Shown: positions 35,365-47,328 of the stretch, in pieces
How the letters are laid out: each line of letters starts with the position of its first letter
Position numbering within the stretch: position 1 is the first letter of the stretch
Source: Basidiobolus meristosporus CBS 931.73
Lineage: Eukaryota; Fungi; Basidiobolomycota
Length of the DNA: 64,000 bases
NCBI GenBank assembly: GCA_002104905.1
Contig: MCFE01000121.1
Location: 97,867-161,866, forward strand
Reading direction: 5' to 3'
Position numbers and translations under genes: made by a program
The notes under the pieces: generated by a model
The model's database searches: none
What the model saw: only the letters and a program-made list of their open reading frames with translations
What the model was told of the DNA's origin: nothing

Positions 35365-38300
35365 ATGTCGAAGGAAGAGCTTCCTGAGATCACTTTAGAC
35401 AGCTCCAAAACTAACCCTGCTACTACAGTCCCGATTGACGAAAAGACCGGGAATATGGAAAAAATTGAACATGCACTCAGTCTAGATGATCCTGATGCTG
35501 AGAAGCCCAACAAGAAGAAATCCAAGAAGGACAAGAAGAAGAACAAGAAGAATAAAAAGAAGGACGAAGAACTCGGCCCTAAAGTTTCATACTATCAACT
35601 TTATCGCTTTGCCGACTCTTGGGACTACACATGTATTATGTACGTTTTAACAATCTCGGCAGCTAACCAAAGCGTGTCCGCCTCTGTTAGAGTTATCACC
35701 TTGTAATGCCTCTTTTGTAACCATCTCCTTTTATTCATAGTCTCGGTACCATATGCGCGCTTGGCTGTGGTATTGGCCAACCCTTGGTCGCCCAGCTAAT
35801 GGGCGACGTTATCTCTTCCATTACTGGACCAGCTGACCCCGCCATGATCCCGCACCAAGTAGCCCAGATTCGCGACATTGTTATCAAGTTTACCATTGTC
35901 GGGGCCGCCATTTTTGTTGCTGCCTACGGGCAGATGTGTTTCTTCACCCTGGCTGCGGAAAATCAAACCAAGCGTATCCGGCAAAAGTATTTACATGCCA
36001 TCCTACGCCAAGACATCTCTTGGCACGATACTGGCAAGAAAAGCGAATCACTCAATTCCCGCCTCAACGCCGACACCCAATTGATCTTTGACGGTATGGC
36101 CGACAAGGTCGGCATGTGCATCATGTCTTTGTCAACTTTTATTGCCGGGTTTGTCATTGCCTTCCTTGCTGGCTGGAGAATGACTCTTGTGCTGTTAACA
36201 GCAGTTCCCGTTATGGGATGTAAGTTGGTTGATTTCTATTGTACCCAGTAATGCTCTAACGTTTGTTTTCTTTAGTCTGCGGCGCTATGATGGCCAAATA
36301 CACCATGGAATCATCCTCAGATGGTCAAGACTCTTATGCCAAAGCAGGTGGTATGGCTGAGCAAGCTATAAGCTCTATCCGCACCGTGGTCGCTTTCAAT
36401 GGTCAGAATCGGGAAATCAAGCGCTTCGATGAGGTTCTCGCCGACGCGTACAAATCCGGCGTGAAAAAGTCGTTTGTCACCGGCGCTGGCATGGGCTCTT
36501 TCATGTTTGTCTTGTTCTGTGCCTATGCCCTAGCTTTCTGGTATGGTGGCCAGCAGGTCAAGGATGGTAAAATGGATAGCGGTGCAGTATTGACTGTTCT
36601 GTTCGGTACTATCATCGGTGCCTTCTCCATTGGCAACGTTGGCCCCAATATCGGTGTTTTGGCGAAGGCCCAGGCTGCTGCCTACACCATCTTCGAAACG
36701 ATTGATCGTGTACCCTCCATCGATTCCTCCAACCCCAACGGTGAAAAGCCGGAAAATATCCAGGGTCACATTGTCTTGAAAGACATCGATTTCGCGTACC
36801 CATCTCGGCCCGATGTTCCTATTTTGAAAAAGATGTCAATCGAAGTCAAGCCCGGTCAAACGGTCGCCTTGGTTGGCCATTCTGGATCCGGAAAGTCCAC
36901 AATCGTCGGTCTCTTGGAGCGTTTCTACGACCCTTTGTCAGGTTCCATCACTTTGGATGGGATTGAGATCAAGGATTACAATGTTGCTCATCTCCGCAAC
37001 ACCATCGGCCTTGTCTCACAGGAACCGGTGCTTTTCAACGCAACTGTCAAGCAGAACATTCTCTATGGCGCCAGAAAGGGCCAGACCATCCCCACGGACA
37101 AGGAGATCGAGACTGCCTGTCGCTTGGCAAATGCTCATGATTTCATTTCCAACCTCCCTAACAAATACAACACAATGGTTGGTGAGAAGGGAGCGCTTTT
37201 GTCTGGAGGCCAAAAGCAGCGCATTGCCATTGCCCGTGCTTTGATCAAGAACCCACGTGTTTTGCTTCTTGATGAGGCCACTTCTGCTCTGGATACTGAA
37301 TCGGAGCGCATTGTGCAAGCGGCCTTGGATAACGCCGCCAACGGACGTTCCACCATTGTGATTGCTCACCGCCTTTCAACCATTATCAATGCCGATCTGA
37401 TTTATGTCATGGATCGCGGGGTTGTTTTGGAATCCGGTACGCATGAATCGCTGATGGCTCTGAATGGAACGTATGCCGAGTTGGTTGCCAAGCAGCAACT
37501 CAAGACTCTCGCTGTCGAAACCTCACCCCAGACCACCATTGCCGATGACTGTACACAGCTTGAACGCAAGAGCACCCAGGGATCAATTCTTCGCCTCAAG
37601 TCCTCGCACACTTTGGACCATCCTGGCCCCACCGTCTTGGACATCCCTGAGGATAATGAGATGTCCGAGGCCCGTCGCAAGAAGGAAGCCGCCCGCAAAT
37701 TAAAGAAACAAAAAGCCCCCATTAGTCGTACGCTTGTTTATATGCGTCCGGATTACTCCATTTGTATTCTCGGCTGCGTCTTTGCCATGCTCCAGGGCGC
37801 TCTTTTCCCAACCTTTTCCCAGGTGTTTGCTAAGGCACTTGACGCCCTCACAAGATCACAACAGCCCGACTACGATTTTACCGGGAATATTCGCCGATTC
37901 TCTCTTTATTTCGTGGCCCTGGCCGTTGCTGGGTTCATCGGGTTTTGCGGCGGAATGGCAACATTCATGATTGTTGGTGAGCGCATGACTCGCCGTATGC
38001 GTTCCATCTCCTATCGCGCCATCCTGTCGCAGGAGATGGGCTTCTTTGACAAACCAGAAAACAGCACCGGCGCGCTTGCCTCCCGCCTCGCCACAGACGC
38101 ACAGCAAATGTACGACATGGTCTCCCAGGTTATCTTGACAACCGTCTCCTCCCTGGCCACCATTGCCTGTGGGCTTGGCTTTGCGTTTGCCGCCACCTGG
38201 CAGTTGACTCTTATCATTCTTGCCGCGGTACCCATCATTGGATTTGCTCAGTACCTCGAATTGGCTGCATTGACTGGTTTCGGAGAAAAAACCCGCAAGG

Positions 38301-39463
38301 CCTATGAGAAATCGGGCCAGGTTGCCGGCGAAGCCATTGCCAATATTCGGACCGTTGCGTCTTTGGCGAAGGAGGACATGTTCGAAGAACGGTATTTCGA
38401 GGTCACCAAGGAGCCCCACAAGTATGCCATCAACAAGGCACTATTCGCCTCGATCGGCTTTGCCGTTTCCCAGGCGGTTGCCATCTGGTCGTACTCTATT
38501 GGTTTCTATGCTGGCTATCGTCTGGTCGAAAACTACATTATCGGCTGGGATGCCATGTTCAAATGCATGTTCGGGATCGTCTTCATGGCCATGTCGCTCG
38601 GCCACATCACCGCCGAATTGCCCAAGTTTGCCAAGGGCAAGCAATCTGCCATCAACATCTACGAGCTTTTGGACAAGGAGACGGAGATCGATGCCAACAG
38701 GGATGGCGCCATCATCAACAAGGTGACCGGGACCATGGGATTGGAAAAGGTCGACTTCGCCTATCCTACCCGACCCGATATCCAGGTCTTCAACAAGGTT
38801 GATGTTGCCATCCGCCCATCACAGACCGTGGCGCTCGTTGGTCCATCTGGATGCGGCAAGTCGACCATTATCGCACTGATGGAGCGTTGGTACGACACCC
38901 TCGAGGGGCGGGCCTACGTGGAGGACTACAACATCAAGGATCTCCAACTGAACAACATTCGCTCGCATATGGCGCTTGTTGGTCAAGAGCCCGTCTTGTT
39001 CGATTTCTCGATCCGTGAAAACATCCTTTACGGTCTACCCGAAGGCGAAGGAACGCAGGAACAAGTCGAGGCAGCCGCCAAGCTGTCCAACATTCACAAC
39101 TTCGTCATGTCCCTTCCTGACGGCTATGATACCTCGGTTGGTGACAAGGGATCCCAATTGTCCGGTGGCCAGAAGCAGCGCATCGCAATTGCTCGTGCTT
39201 TGATCCGTAACCCCAAGATCCTGCTGCTGGATGAGGCCACCTCTGCTTTGGACTCGGAGTCCGAGAAGCTGGTCCAAGAGGCATTGGACCAGGCCCGTTC
39301 TGGACGTACCACAATTGTGATTGCTCATCGACTCAGCACCATCCAGGATGCCGACTTGATTTTGGTTGTCAAAGGGGGCAACATTGTTGAGTCCGGTAAA
39401 CACCGTGAGTTGCTAACCTTGGGTGGCGTCTATGCAGAGCTTTGTAAAAAGCAAAACCTGTAA
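35365..39463 (+). CDS. Full-length ABCB (MDR/P-glycoprotein) transporter, 3 exons
   Basis: Two TMD-NBD halves; Walker A GHSGSGKS and GPSGCGKS; LSGGQKQRIAIARAL and LLLDEATSALD twice; introns ~35640-35740 and ~36221-36275. Confidence 0.96.
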
Positions 39464-40463
39464 ATCGCACTGAACGGCGATTGGGATCACAGAGCAAACC
39501 AATGAACTTGTAATATATCGAATCACTATAATATTAGCACGCACACCTTCAAGATAATTGATCTCATTTTAATAAATTCCAATTTGAATCGTACCACCGA
39601 CTTCTCCGCTGTATTCGCGGCACCGGTCGCCATTGGGTAGATATCCATCCGGTTTAGTGGAGCAATTAATACAAATTCGCAATACCATGCAAGCTTCTCT
39701 ATCCAATGAACGGCCGCATTGATGGCGCCCAAGAATTCCAAAACCATTGCTACGAAGGAAATCGGAGTTTGGGTTGCATCACTGATTTGTGGCAGCTATC
39801 GGAAGCGTTCACCCAATGCAGGAAATACGATGTTTATTATTATTGCTGATCATCCAGGCATCCAAACACTGTGTTCAAAACATGCGATACGAAGTATCCA
39901 ACAAAACCTTAATTTTGTTCGAACTCATACCTAGCTAGCTTGTGGGTAGTAAAGTTGGACTTGTAGCAAATTCAAGGCTGCCCATCTCTTTCTTTTCTTA
40001 ATGTATATTGGATAAACAAGATTGCTAAATCCTGTGCACTTGGTGAATACGTTGTGTACGATGAGTTGTTCGGAGAAGATAGGCCAGGGGCTTGAATCGA
40101 CTCGCATGTGGTTTGCATGCCTGTATCTTTTGAATCCTGCACATGTTATCATCAGTGGCAAAAGTTTGGAAGTGTATTGATGGTACCCAAATGTACTCTT
40201 ACCAGTTTTGTTATACCCTTTCTCTGTCTGACAGCGTATACACAACATCCAGTTGACAAATAGCAGCCCATGTAGTTTTGCTTCTATCCTACCCTTTTCC
40301 AGGTATAACTGAAATTGAAGATGCCAGCACTACAGCTCACCTTCACCTAAACATAGACATTCTGGTGTCTCATGGAGTAGTTTGTTGTAGATATTCAGCT
40401 TACACCTAGACCATTCATACAACACAAGATTCTACCAAGCCTATTGCGAAGTTATGATTTAGC

Positions 40464-40673
40464 TTGTAAAATACTGGCCAATTATTAGAATTAGTGAAGG
40501 CCTGGAAGTTATCAATATTTCCAAACAAGTTCAAAAGCCCCAAACTTTGCACACAGCTTCCGGCAACTTTTCTTAAAGCATTCTTATCATTAGTGGCACA
40601 AAATGAACTCAAAACAAGTGAGTATCATGCAATTCTTCCAGATCACTTTCAACACTCCCTAGAATCTTGCAAC
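40464..40673 (+). repeat. Highly diverged copia-type LTR remnant
   Basis: Contains ccccaaactttgcacaca and ends ...tcttgcaaca. Confidence 0.5.
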
Positions 40674-41003
40674 AGAGTTTCGGATTATTGATTCAAAATT
40701 CAATTTATGACATCTAAAGGACTCCAGATTATACTGGTAACCGGAGGCAATTCTCTTATATATGATAATGCTTGTTAGAAAAAGCTTGCTATTTGGCTGA
40801 TTGACCCAGTTGATGAGATAAAACACTGTGTAGGCTACTCATTTGATGCTACAAGCCCATACTGTGTATGCGTGAGATTGATTGTCTACATGCACCATAA
40901 TCAGGTGCACTAGCGAGATGTGCAAAGCATGAAAGCACATATTGGCCGATGCGCACCGACTTATTCGAGGCCTAGGTCTAATGGTCCGGTAAAGCAGAAT
41001 TTA

Positions 41004-41590
41004 TCAAGCGAATGAGTGTTTGATATAAATATGACGCGCAATGGTGGTTGTGATATAACAAGAGGGGTCGCTGATGGGTTGGAAGATGTTCATATCTTTG
41101 GCTTCATTGAGAAGGTTGAAGGGCTTCAGGTTGACACTGAGGTAGTGCTTGTTGGGGAGTGCATAGATGATCTCCTATATATTGACATTCTGGCCCAACA
41201 CCTCACCCATCTGGTCCACGGTGGCTTGCACTGAGGCTGAGTTGTCTGTGGCAAAGGTGCTGAGGGTGATCTCACGAACACTGTTGGCAACATCATCGAA
41301 TGGGATCTCCTGGATCTTGGACTTCTCGGGGCTATAGGTCCACTTGGCATGGTGGAGAAGATATACATCCTGGAGGGTGGTGTACTCGTAGCGGTGGAAG
41401 TTGGTGAAGGCCGAGCCGGTGGACTTCAGGCGAGACTCGATAGACACCTGGCCACTACAAGAGACAGTAGTTTCGACACGTCTGGTCTCATCGCCATCAC
41501 GGAGGAAGGAGTGAGGGTGGAGTTGGCCATCGATCTCAACTCAAATCTAATCTGATGTGTTCTCGTGACAACAGACCGTGTACACTCGCC
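41004..41590 (-). pseudogene. UOX: Urate oxidase (uricase) pseudogene, 5'-truncated
   Basis: HPHSF(L)RDGDETR, STGSAFTNF, YTTL, DNSASVQAT, YALPNKHY motifs; in-frame TAG at 41175-41177, small deletions, N-terminus absent. Confidence 0.85.
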
Positions 41591-41740
41591 AAAGCTTAGG
41601 TCAGGAACTAGCATTGTACGGAGGATATGGCCAGAAGAATGTAACCCAGAGTTAAGTCGGAATGTGGCAAAAGAGCTATCATCACTTGTATATAGACCGC
41701 GTTAGATGCCGGATAATAACATTTGGGAGCGATTCGAAGA

Positions 41741-42640
41741 ATGTCCGCATCAGTTGATATAAAGCGCCAAGCCTATGGTAAGGCCAAGGTCAGAGTTACC
41801 AAAGCTATCCGCCACACCGCCCAGTACAATGGCATTGTCGAGCTTACTTGCAAAGTGCTTCTGGAGGGTGACTGAGAAGTGGTCTACACCAAGGCTGAAA
41901 ACAGCATGGTTGTCCCTACTTATACCGTCAAGAACACTTGCTACGTTATTGCCAAAAAGTCCAACCACATCCGGGCCATCGAGCGTTCTGCTTACGAGCT
42001 TGGCAAACAGACAAGAACTCCCACGTTGTTCAACAACGTTGGACCAGAATCAATGTCAATAATGAGCCACATCCTCACTCTTTCTATCGTAATGGCAGTG
42101 AGACCAGAGAGACCTGGGTCACTGTTGCCGCTGATAGCGTGAGCATCAAGTCCGGATTGGAAGGGCTGCTGGGGTTGAAGACTACTGGCTCCTCCTTCAG
42201 CAACTTTCATCTCTGTGAGAACACCACCCTTCAGGATGCCGATGACCGCATCTTCTTCACCACCGTCAAGGCCTACTACAACACCAATACCTCGATCGGT
42301 GTTGAGAACATTTCTTTCGACCGCATCTTTGTGGGAGTCCGCGAGACCACCTTGGATCTGTTCGCTCACGAAGACTCTACCTCCACTCAGGCCACCCTGT
42401 GCTGCACGGCTGGGTTAATCTTAAAGCGGTCCCCTGAAGTCCAGGATGTATACTATGCACTCCAGAACAGTCACCACTTCACCACCAACCTTGCACACTC
42501 TAATCTCCCCAATGCTGGTTCGGAGATCACAATTATCTAACCAGTGACTGATTTCTATGGATACGCCGCTGCCACCATTGGTTGTGGTGGTAGCAAATTC
42601 CAATCTACCATTCCTTCATCCGTTGCGAAATTCATTAATT
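41741..42640 (+). pseudogene. UOX: Urate oxidase (uricase) pseudogene, apparently intronless
   Basis: YGKAKVRV, LLEGD*EVVYTKAENSMVVPTYTVKNTCY, HPHSFYRNG, LKTTGSSFSNF, TTLQDADDRIF, STSTQATL; TGA at 41873-41875, a frameshift near 42010-42040, TAA at 42538-42540. Confidence 0.88.
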
Positions 42641-42959
42641 AAATCTTTTTAAAAATTTCATCACCTACAGTATACAGCACGAATGCAATAAATAAGTACA
42701 GATGGCAATATAACATCTTTTGTGTGTAACAAGATCAGCATCCCAGGTTGAAATACAGTATTATTAATGCATAGAAGAATCTCAAGTTGCTCAATAACAG
42801 ATACCAGTGTTGGAACATTTCCCATAATGACAATAGATGAGCACTGAAAATTGCTGGAAGGGCAATGACAGTTCTCAAAGACAGAGTAATGAAATGGCTA
42901 GCTACTGGGAGGAGTTGGAGCTCATGTACTACTGGCAGCATCTGCTCTGAATAGCCATA

Positions 42960-43260
42960 GTGAAGGAGGCAAGGCAAGGTACAACAGCAAATGAGCCTGG
43001 TGTGGGCCAACAACACAAGGCAGAATTTAAGGCAAAACTGTATATTTGGTTCAGTTCTTATCAGAATGAGAAGTGCTTGAGGGGGAGGATAAGACTATAA
43101 AATCCTTTTAGCAACATGGATGCCAAGATATACTGCAAATTACAGAAGGGGAACTGGATATGAAGCACAGCAGTTATGCCAATACACTGATGAAGATGAT
43201 GGAGTATAGAACTGGGTCAGCTGATCATATGATCTGGTAAACCAACCAGTGCTTACCTAC
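42960..43260 (-). repeat. Diverged relative of the Ty3 LTR at 3701-4228
   Basis: Colinear motifs aggcaaggcaagg...ggtgtgg...caaggca...atggatgccaag. Confidence 0.5.
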
Positions 43261-43846
43261 ATGATGCTCAATCAATAGTTCTCCACCAGAACCTTTGATG
43301 TAATAACTTATTGTGTGACATTGAGAAGGAGAACTCAGGAACCATACTCCTGCAGCTTTGCTACCATTCCCACAATTGTAAGTAGCAGAAGTGGCAAATA
43401 TGCAATGAACCTAGTCAGAGTGGCAGTGGTGGGACTGAATGTAGTGAAGGAGGGAGAATTGTAGGGGGGGCATATATGTGGTAAAGTGAAAAGCAAAATA
43501 CAAAAACTGATGTTTGCAGTAATACACACACCCATAAAAGAAATGTGACTAAAACTGGCAGAATGCTGGTGTAATACCTTCAAAAGTCTATATATTTATT
43601 GCATCAGAGCTGCAGGTACTTCTCTGAGTATTCTTAAATAGAATAGATTTGTGTCAAGATGTATTGACCAGAGCATCAACAGAAATGAACATGAGGCTCA
43701 GTATTGAGATTTTTTTATGAGGGCTACAAAACCAGGCAGGGTAAGTCCTTGTTAGCAAGATTTAGTTCTGACAACACAATAATGATTCTCTCAATGAGCT
43801 GAAGAGCTACTGGTAATTAAGGAAGAAATATTGTGATTCATTGTAT

Positions 43847-44192
43847 TGTTGTAAGAGTTTTTGGAGATATAGGATGTGATTGAGAGAGCAAGTATATTAG
43901 ACAGTTTTCACTTATAGATTTATTGAATGTAAGAGTAGTATTTGTACTTTAACATTGTTATGGCAAGATATGCACATAGAATAGGTTAGGATGGTACTAA
44001 GAGCATGTTTGCAAAGTTTGGAGCTGTTTGGACTACTTTAGGAGATTTCATGTCCTGCCAACCTGATGTTTTGGTGAAGATATTCCAAGTAAATCCCAAC
44101 AAGGAATTTGGTCAGTGTACTTTAAGATCTGTAGCCAATGCTTTGAGTGACTAAGTTAGGTGAATATTCAGGTGCAATTACAAAACTTACAA
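43847..44192 (-). repeat. Diverged copia LTR (reverse orientation)
   Basis: ttgttgtaagag...gtgtttgcaaagtttgg...gtaaatcccaac...agtgactaagttaggtgaatatt is the reverse complement of the family LTR. Confidence 0.75.
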
Positions 44193-45936
44193 CTTTACTT
44201 GCTGAAATGCCCACAATTCTTATGGATATTGTAATAAGCCTATAGCCAAACATCTTGAATTAATAAGAGTTGTGACCAAAATAAGGTACATACTCTTGCC
44301 CAAAAACTAGGATGTATGGAATGTATTGATTGATAAATAATAAAAGGCTGTGCCACTCCCAATAAGGCAGTAAAAGGTAAAGATCAAGCAAAAGAGACTC
44401 TTAACTCATGGGTTTGAGGGAGCTTTTGATATGACATGAGTTTAGGACTAGCATATAAATATGACCAGTGAAATCTAAAGGTCAGTATTTACTAACATTG
44501 TGCCATCCATAATGATTTGATAAAGATAAATCAATCTACACACAGAAGTAAGAGCACATGTAGAGTCTTTTGGTAAGGGGTTTTGACAAGTGGCCTTAAC
44601 TAGGCAATGCAACAGTACAGAGGAGGTTAGTATGTATCAATCATCAAAAAGAAAGAGAATATGGAGTGACCAGTCCATGAAGATATTAACTTGATATCAA
44701 GGAAGGAATTGCACATCCATACTTATGTCAAAATTATTCATCAGGACAGTTGTAGCCCGTAACTGGCTAGACCCAGCATTTTCTGCTCAGACTCTTTCTT
44801 AGCAATTACCTAGAGCACAAGAGTAGTCATTATTGTCTAAATGCCCTCAAGCTTTGCAAGCACACTACCTGGACCCTCACTAACATATTTTGTGTGATCT
44901 TTACAAATGCCCGCATATGTTTATATTATTAACAAGGGTATCACTTGAAATGTTTTTACTAAAACCTTCACCGCGCTATTTTAGGAGTAACATATCATTA
45001 TTTGAGCACAATAAGATAATTGAGAGTACTATATATTTGTCTTGTTCTCCAGATCACCTCCAAATAGCCCCTGGAATTTTGCAAAATACCCAATATTTGC
45101 TAGTCAAATGCCATATTATATATTCAGAAGAAACCATCCATCTTATCATGGTGACTATTTGGGTTTGTTCAACCCTTGAGTTAGCGAGTACCTCTATTTT
45201 TATGAGTAAATGAAACACCTTCTACAGTCTCAAGATAACTTTACAAGGCGGGGATATATAATGGCAATCCGGGAATAAAGCACTGTCTCAAGGTGGGTAC
45301 AGATGTTGTGCACACCTTGATTTTCAAGGAGGAGAAAGACACGGAGTCCAAAAGGGGAGAAATGAAACCGCTGACCAATCATTTCCATTATTTGGTACTC
45401 GTGATGTCTGACGCATAGCATATGGCAATTGGTTACCGAATCGAGGGGTGATACGTGGGAGCGTATGTTCGAAATCCAAGCTAAACAAAAATGGAATGAT
45501 AGGAGTTTCATCGGGTACCTGGCTACACGTTCACACAGCGCGCCATACAAAAACATTCAACTCAACCAAAATTTATATCAAGCCGAATCCGGAAAAACGG
45601 CCACGAGATCACATACTTTAGGTGGCCGTTGAAAACGATTTCCTGGTCGGTTCCATGGAGTTGTGACCATCAAAGCATGCTGGTACGGCACACAATAAGT
45701 CCCAGAAAGTCAACGAAAAATAGCCATGTTTGGTAGTGATCAAACCCTTGAGTGTAAACATCGGACTGAAGATGTGATCCAACCAGTACCGATTAAAACG
45801 TCGCTCAAAGAAAAAAATTCATATTTAATGGTGGATTTTTGTGTAACACGTTGCAGCTGTACTGTTGGATGACACTGTATTCACCTTGCACATGGTTAAT
45901 AGCAGTGATATGAGAGTGATGAAGAGGTAGATGTGC

Positions 45937-47328
45937 TTAATTGAAGGTGGCAATAACAGAGACTGAGTCGACATCCAGGATGCATTTTTTAGGGATTTGG
46001 ACGTTGCTCCAGCTGGGTTGCTTCTCCGACTGCTGGAAACACTCATAGAGCGGTCCACCAATTTGTTCACCTTCCTTCATAGGCTTCTGAGTTTGCACTT
46101 CAACATGCAAATCATAGTCTTTACCAGCAGCGCTCTTGCCCTTATAGTCAAACAGGGCCGAGCCCGAACTCCAAGCAGCCTCATCCCACAAATATCCTTG
46201 ATTTTGGTAAGCAACCAAGAAATCATCGATGTATATGTCTGCTGAGTCCCTAGTGCAGGTACAGCTACCGGCGTTGTTGGCAAGTTTGAATTTAGAAAAC
46301 TCCGGTCCTGAGTGCATATGGGACTTGGTTTTTACTCCTTCTGCCTTTGCGTTCTTCCTAACCTGAGGCCGGTGCTTTGTTACGGGGGCGTCATATTCCA
46401 GCTTAGATGAGCCTTTGCAGTAAGCATCGGTGGTACCGCAGTAGCCATAACTGGAGCAGCAGTAACCAGGCTGGCACTGATGCATCACATCTCCGAACCA
46501 GCCACAACGTCTATCAGTTTTATTTGCAACAACGATGTCTATTCCCAGATTATCGGCATCATAGGGATACCACTGCCACTGTTCGGGCTTGTTATTATAT
46601 CCATGATAGCCAGCTGGACCGTTGATAGACATCCAGATCGCCGTCTGATTTTCTGTTAGACCAGAGCCCCATGTGCCGTCGGGCCCGGGATATGTGTACG
46701 TTATAGAGCCACCCAGTGCAGGGTACCAGTACTTGCTGCCTTCACGTCTGTAAGCTTGTTTACTCCATACGCCCACCCGTACACCATTGCTGATTCCTTG
46801 CGGATTTTCGAGAAACTGGTAGAAGTAGCCAAGACCGCTGTTTAAGTTGTCGTTGATAACACGCAATTTACCAAATTGCATCCATTCGCCATCAATACGT
46901 AGCTGAGCAGTGTAGACCAAATAATCACCATCCTCTTCATAGTCAATTTGAAAGCCGTAATCCACTCCATCAAGCCATGGATAGAAATACTGCATATGGG
47001 ATCCAGTGCCTTCGTTGCCAAAGCGACTAGTCACGCATTCCTTGCATGTTTCCACTATGGTTGCTTTTCCATTGTTGTTGTCCCAGAGAGAGAAGAGGAA
47101 TACACGTTTGTTGGCCCATGTCTGCATTCCCATGTATCCGTTGTTCCAGGCGATGGCTGCCCAGTAAGTTTGGTTGGGACTAAATTCAGGAACAGACTTG
47201 ACATCTGTCTTGAAAGAAATGAATTTACTCCCATTGTCGGGGAGGCTGGCCCAGTTGTGCATTGCCTGAGAAAGCACCTTCACTGCGAACAGCGAGGTAA
47301 GCGAGAGGAAAAGGGCTGAAAGCTTCAT
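45937..47328 (-). CDS. Intronless secreted protein: DUF3472-like domain, hevein-type (CBM18) chitin-binding module, unknown C-terminal domain
   Basis: Signal peptide; TYW...GYMGMQ...RVFLFSLWD...FGNEGTG (DUF3472-like); RCG...CQPGYCCSSYGYCGTTDAYC (hevein). Confidence 0.8.
   Translation of the reverse strand: MKLSALFLSLTSLFAVKVLSQAMHNWASLPDNGSKFISFKTDVKSVPEFSPNQTYWAAIAWNNGYMGMQTWANKRVFLFSLWDNNNGKATIVETCKECVTSRFGNEGTGSHMQYFYPWLDGVDYGFQIDYEEDGDYLVYTAQLRIDGEWMQFGKLRVINDNLNSGLGYFYQFLENPQGISNGVRVGVWSKQAYRREGSKYWYPALGGSITYTYPGPDGTWGSGLTENQTAIWMSINGPAGYHGYNNKPEQWQWYPYDADNLGIDIVVANKTDRRCGWFGDVMHQCQPGYCCSSYGYCGTTDAYCKGSSKLEYDAPVTKHRPQVRKNAKAEGVKTKSHMHSGPEFSKFKLANNAGSCTCTRDSADIYIDDFLVAYQNQGYLWDEAAWSSGSALFDYKGKSAAGKDYDLHVEVQTQKPMKEGEQIGGPLYECFQQSEKQPSWSNVQIPKKCILDVDSVSVIATFN

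Noticed and set aside
36500-39420. Numerous short ORFs overlapping the ABCB gene
   Set aside because: Shadow ORFs of a long GC-balanced CDS.
39526-39900. Cys-containing minus-strand frame that might be a small secreted-protein relic
   Set aside because: Interrupted by stops, with no clear start or signal peptide in frame.
40170-40215. CIDGTQ string resembling a PIF/Harbinger transposase motif
   Set aside because: Isolated six-residue match without supporting motifs or terminal inverted repeats.
44890-45720. Short ORFs between the LTR debris and the DUF3472-like gene
   Set aside because: No recognisable motifs, splice pattern or codon bias.
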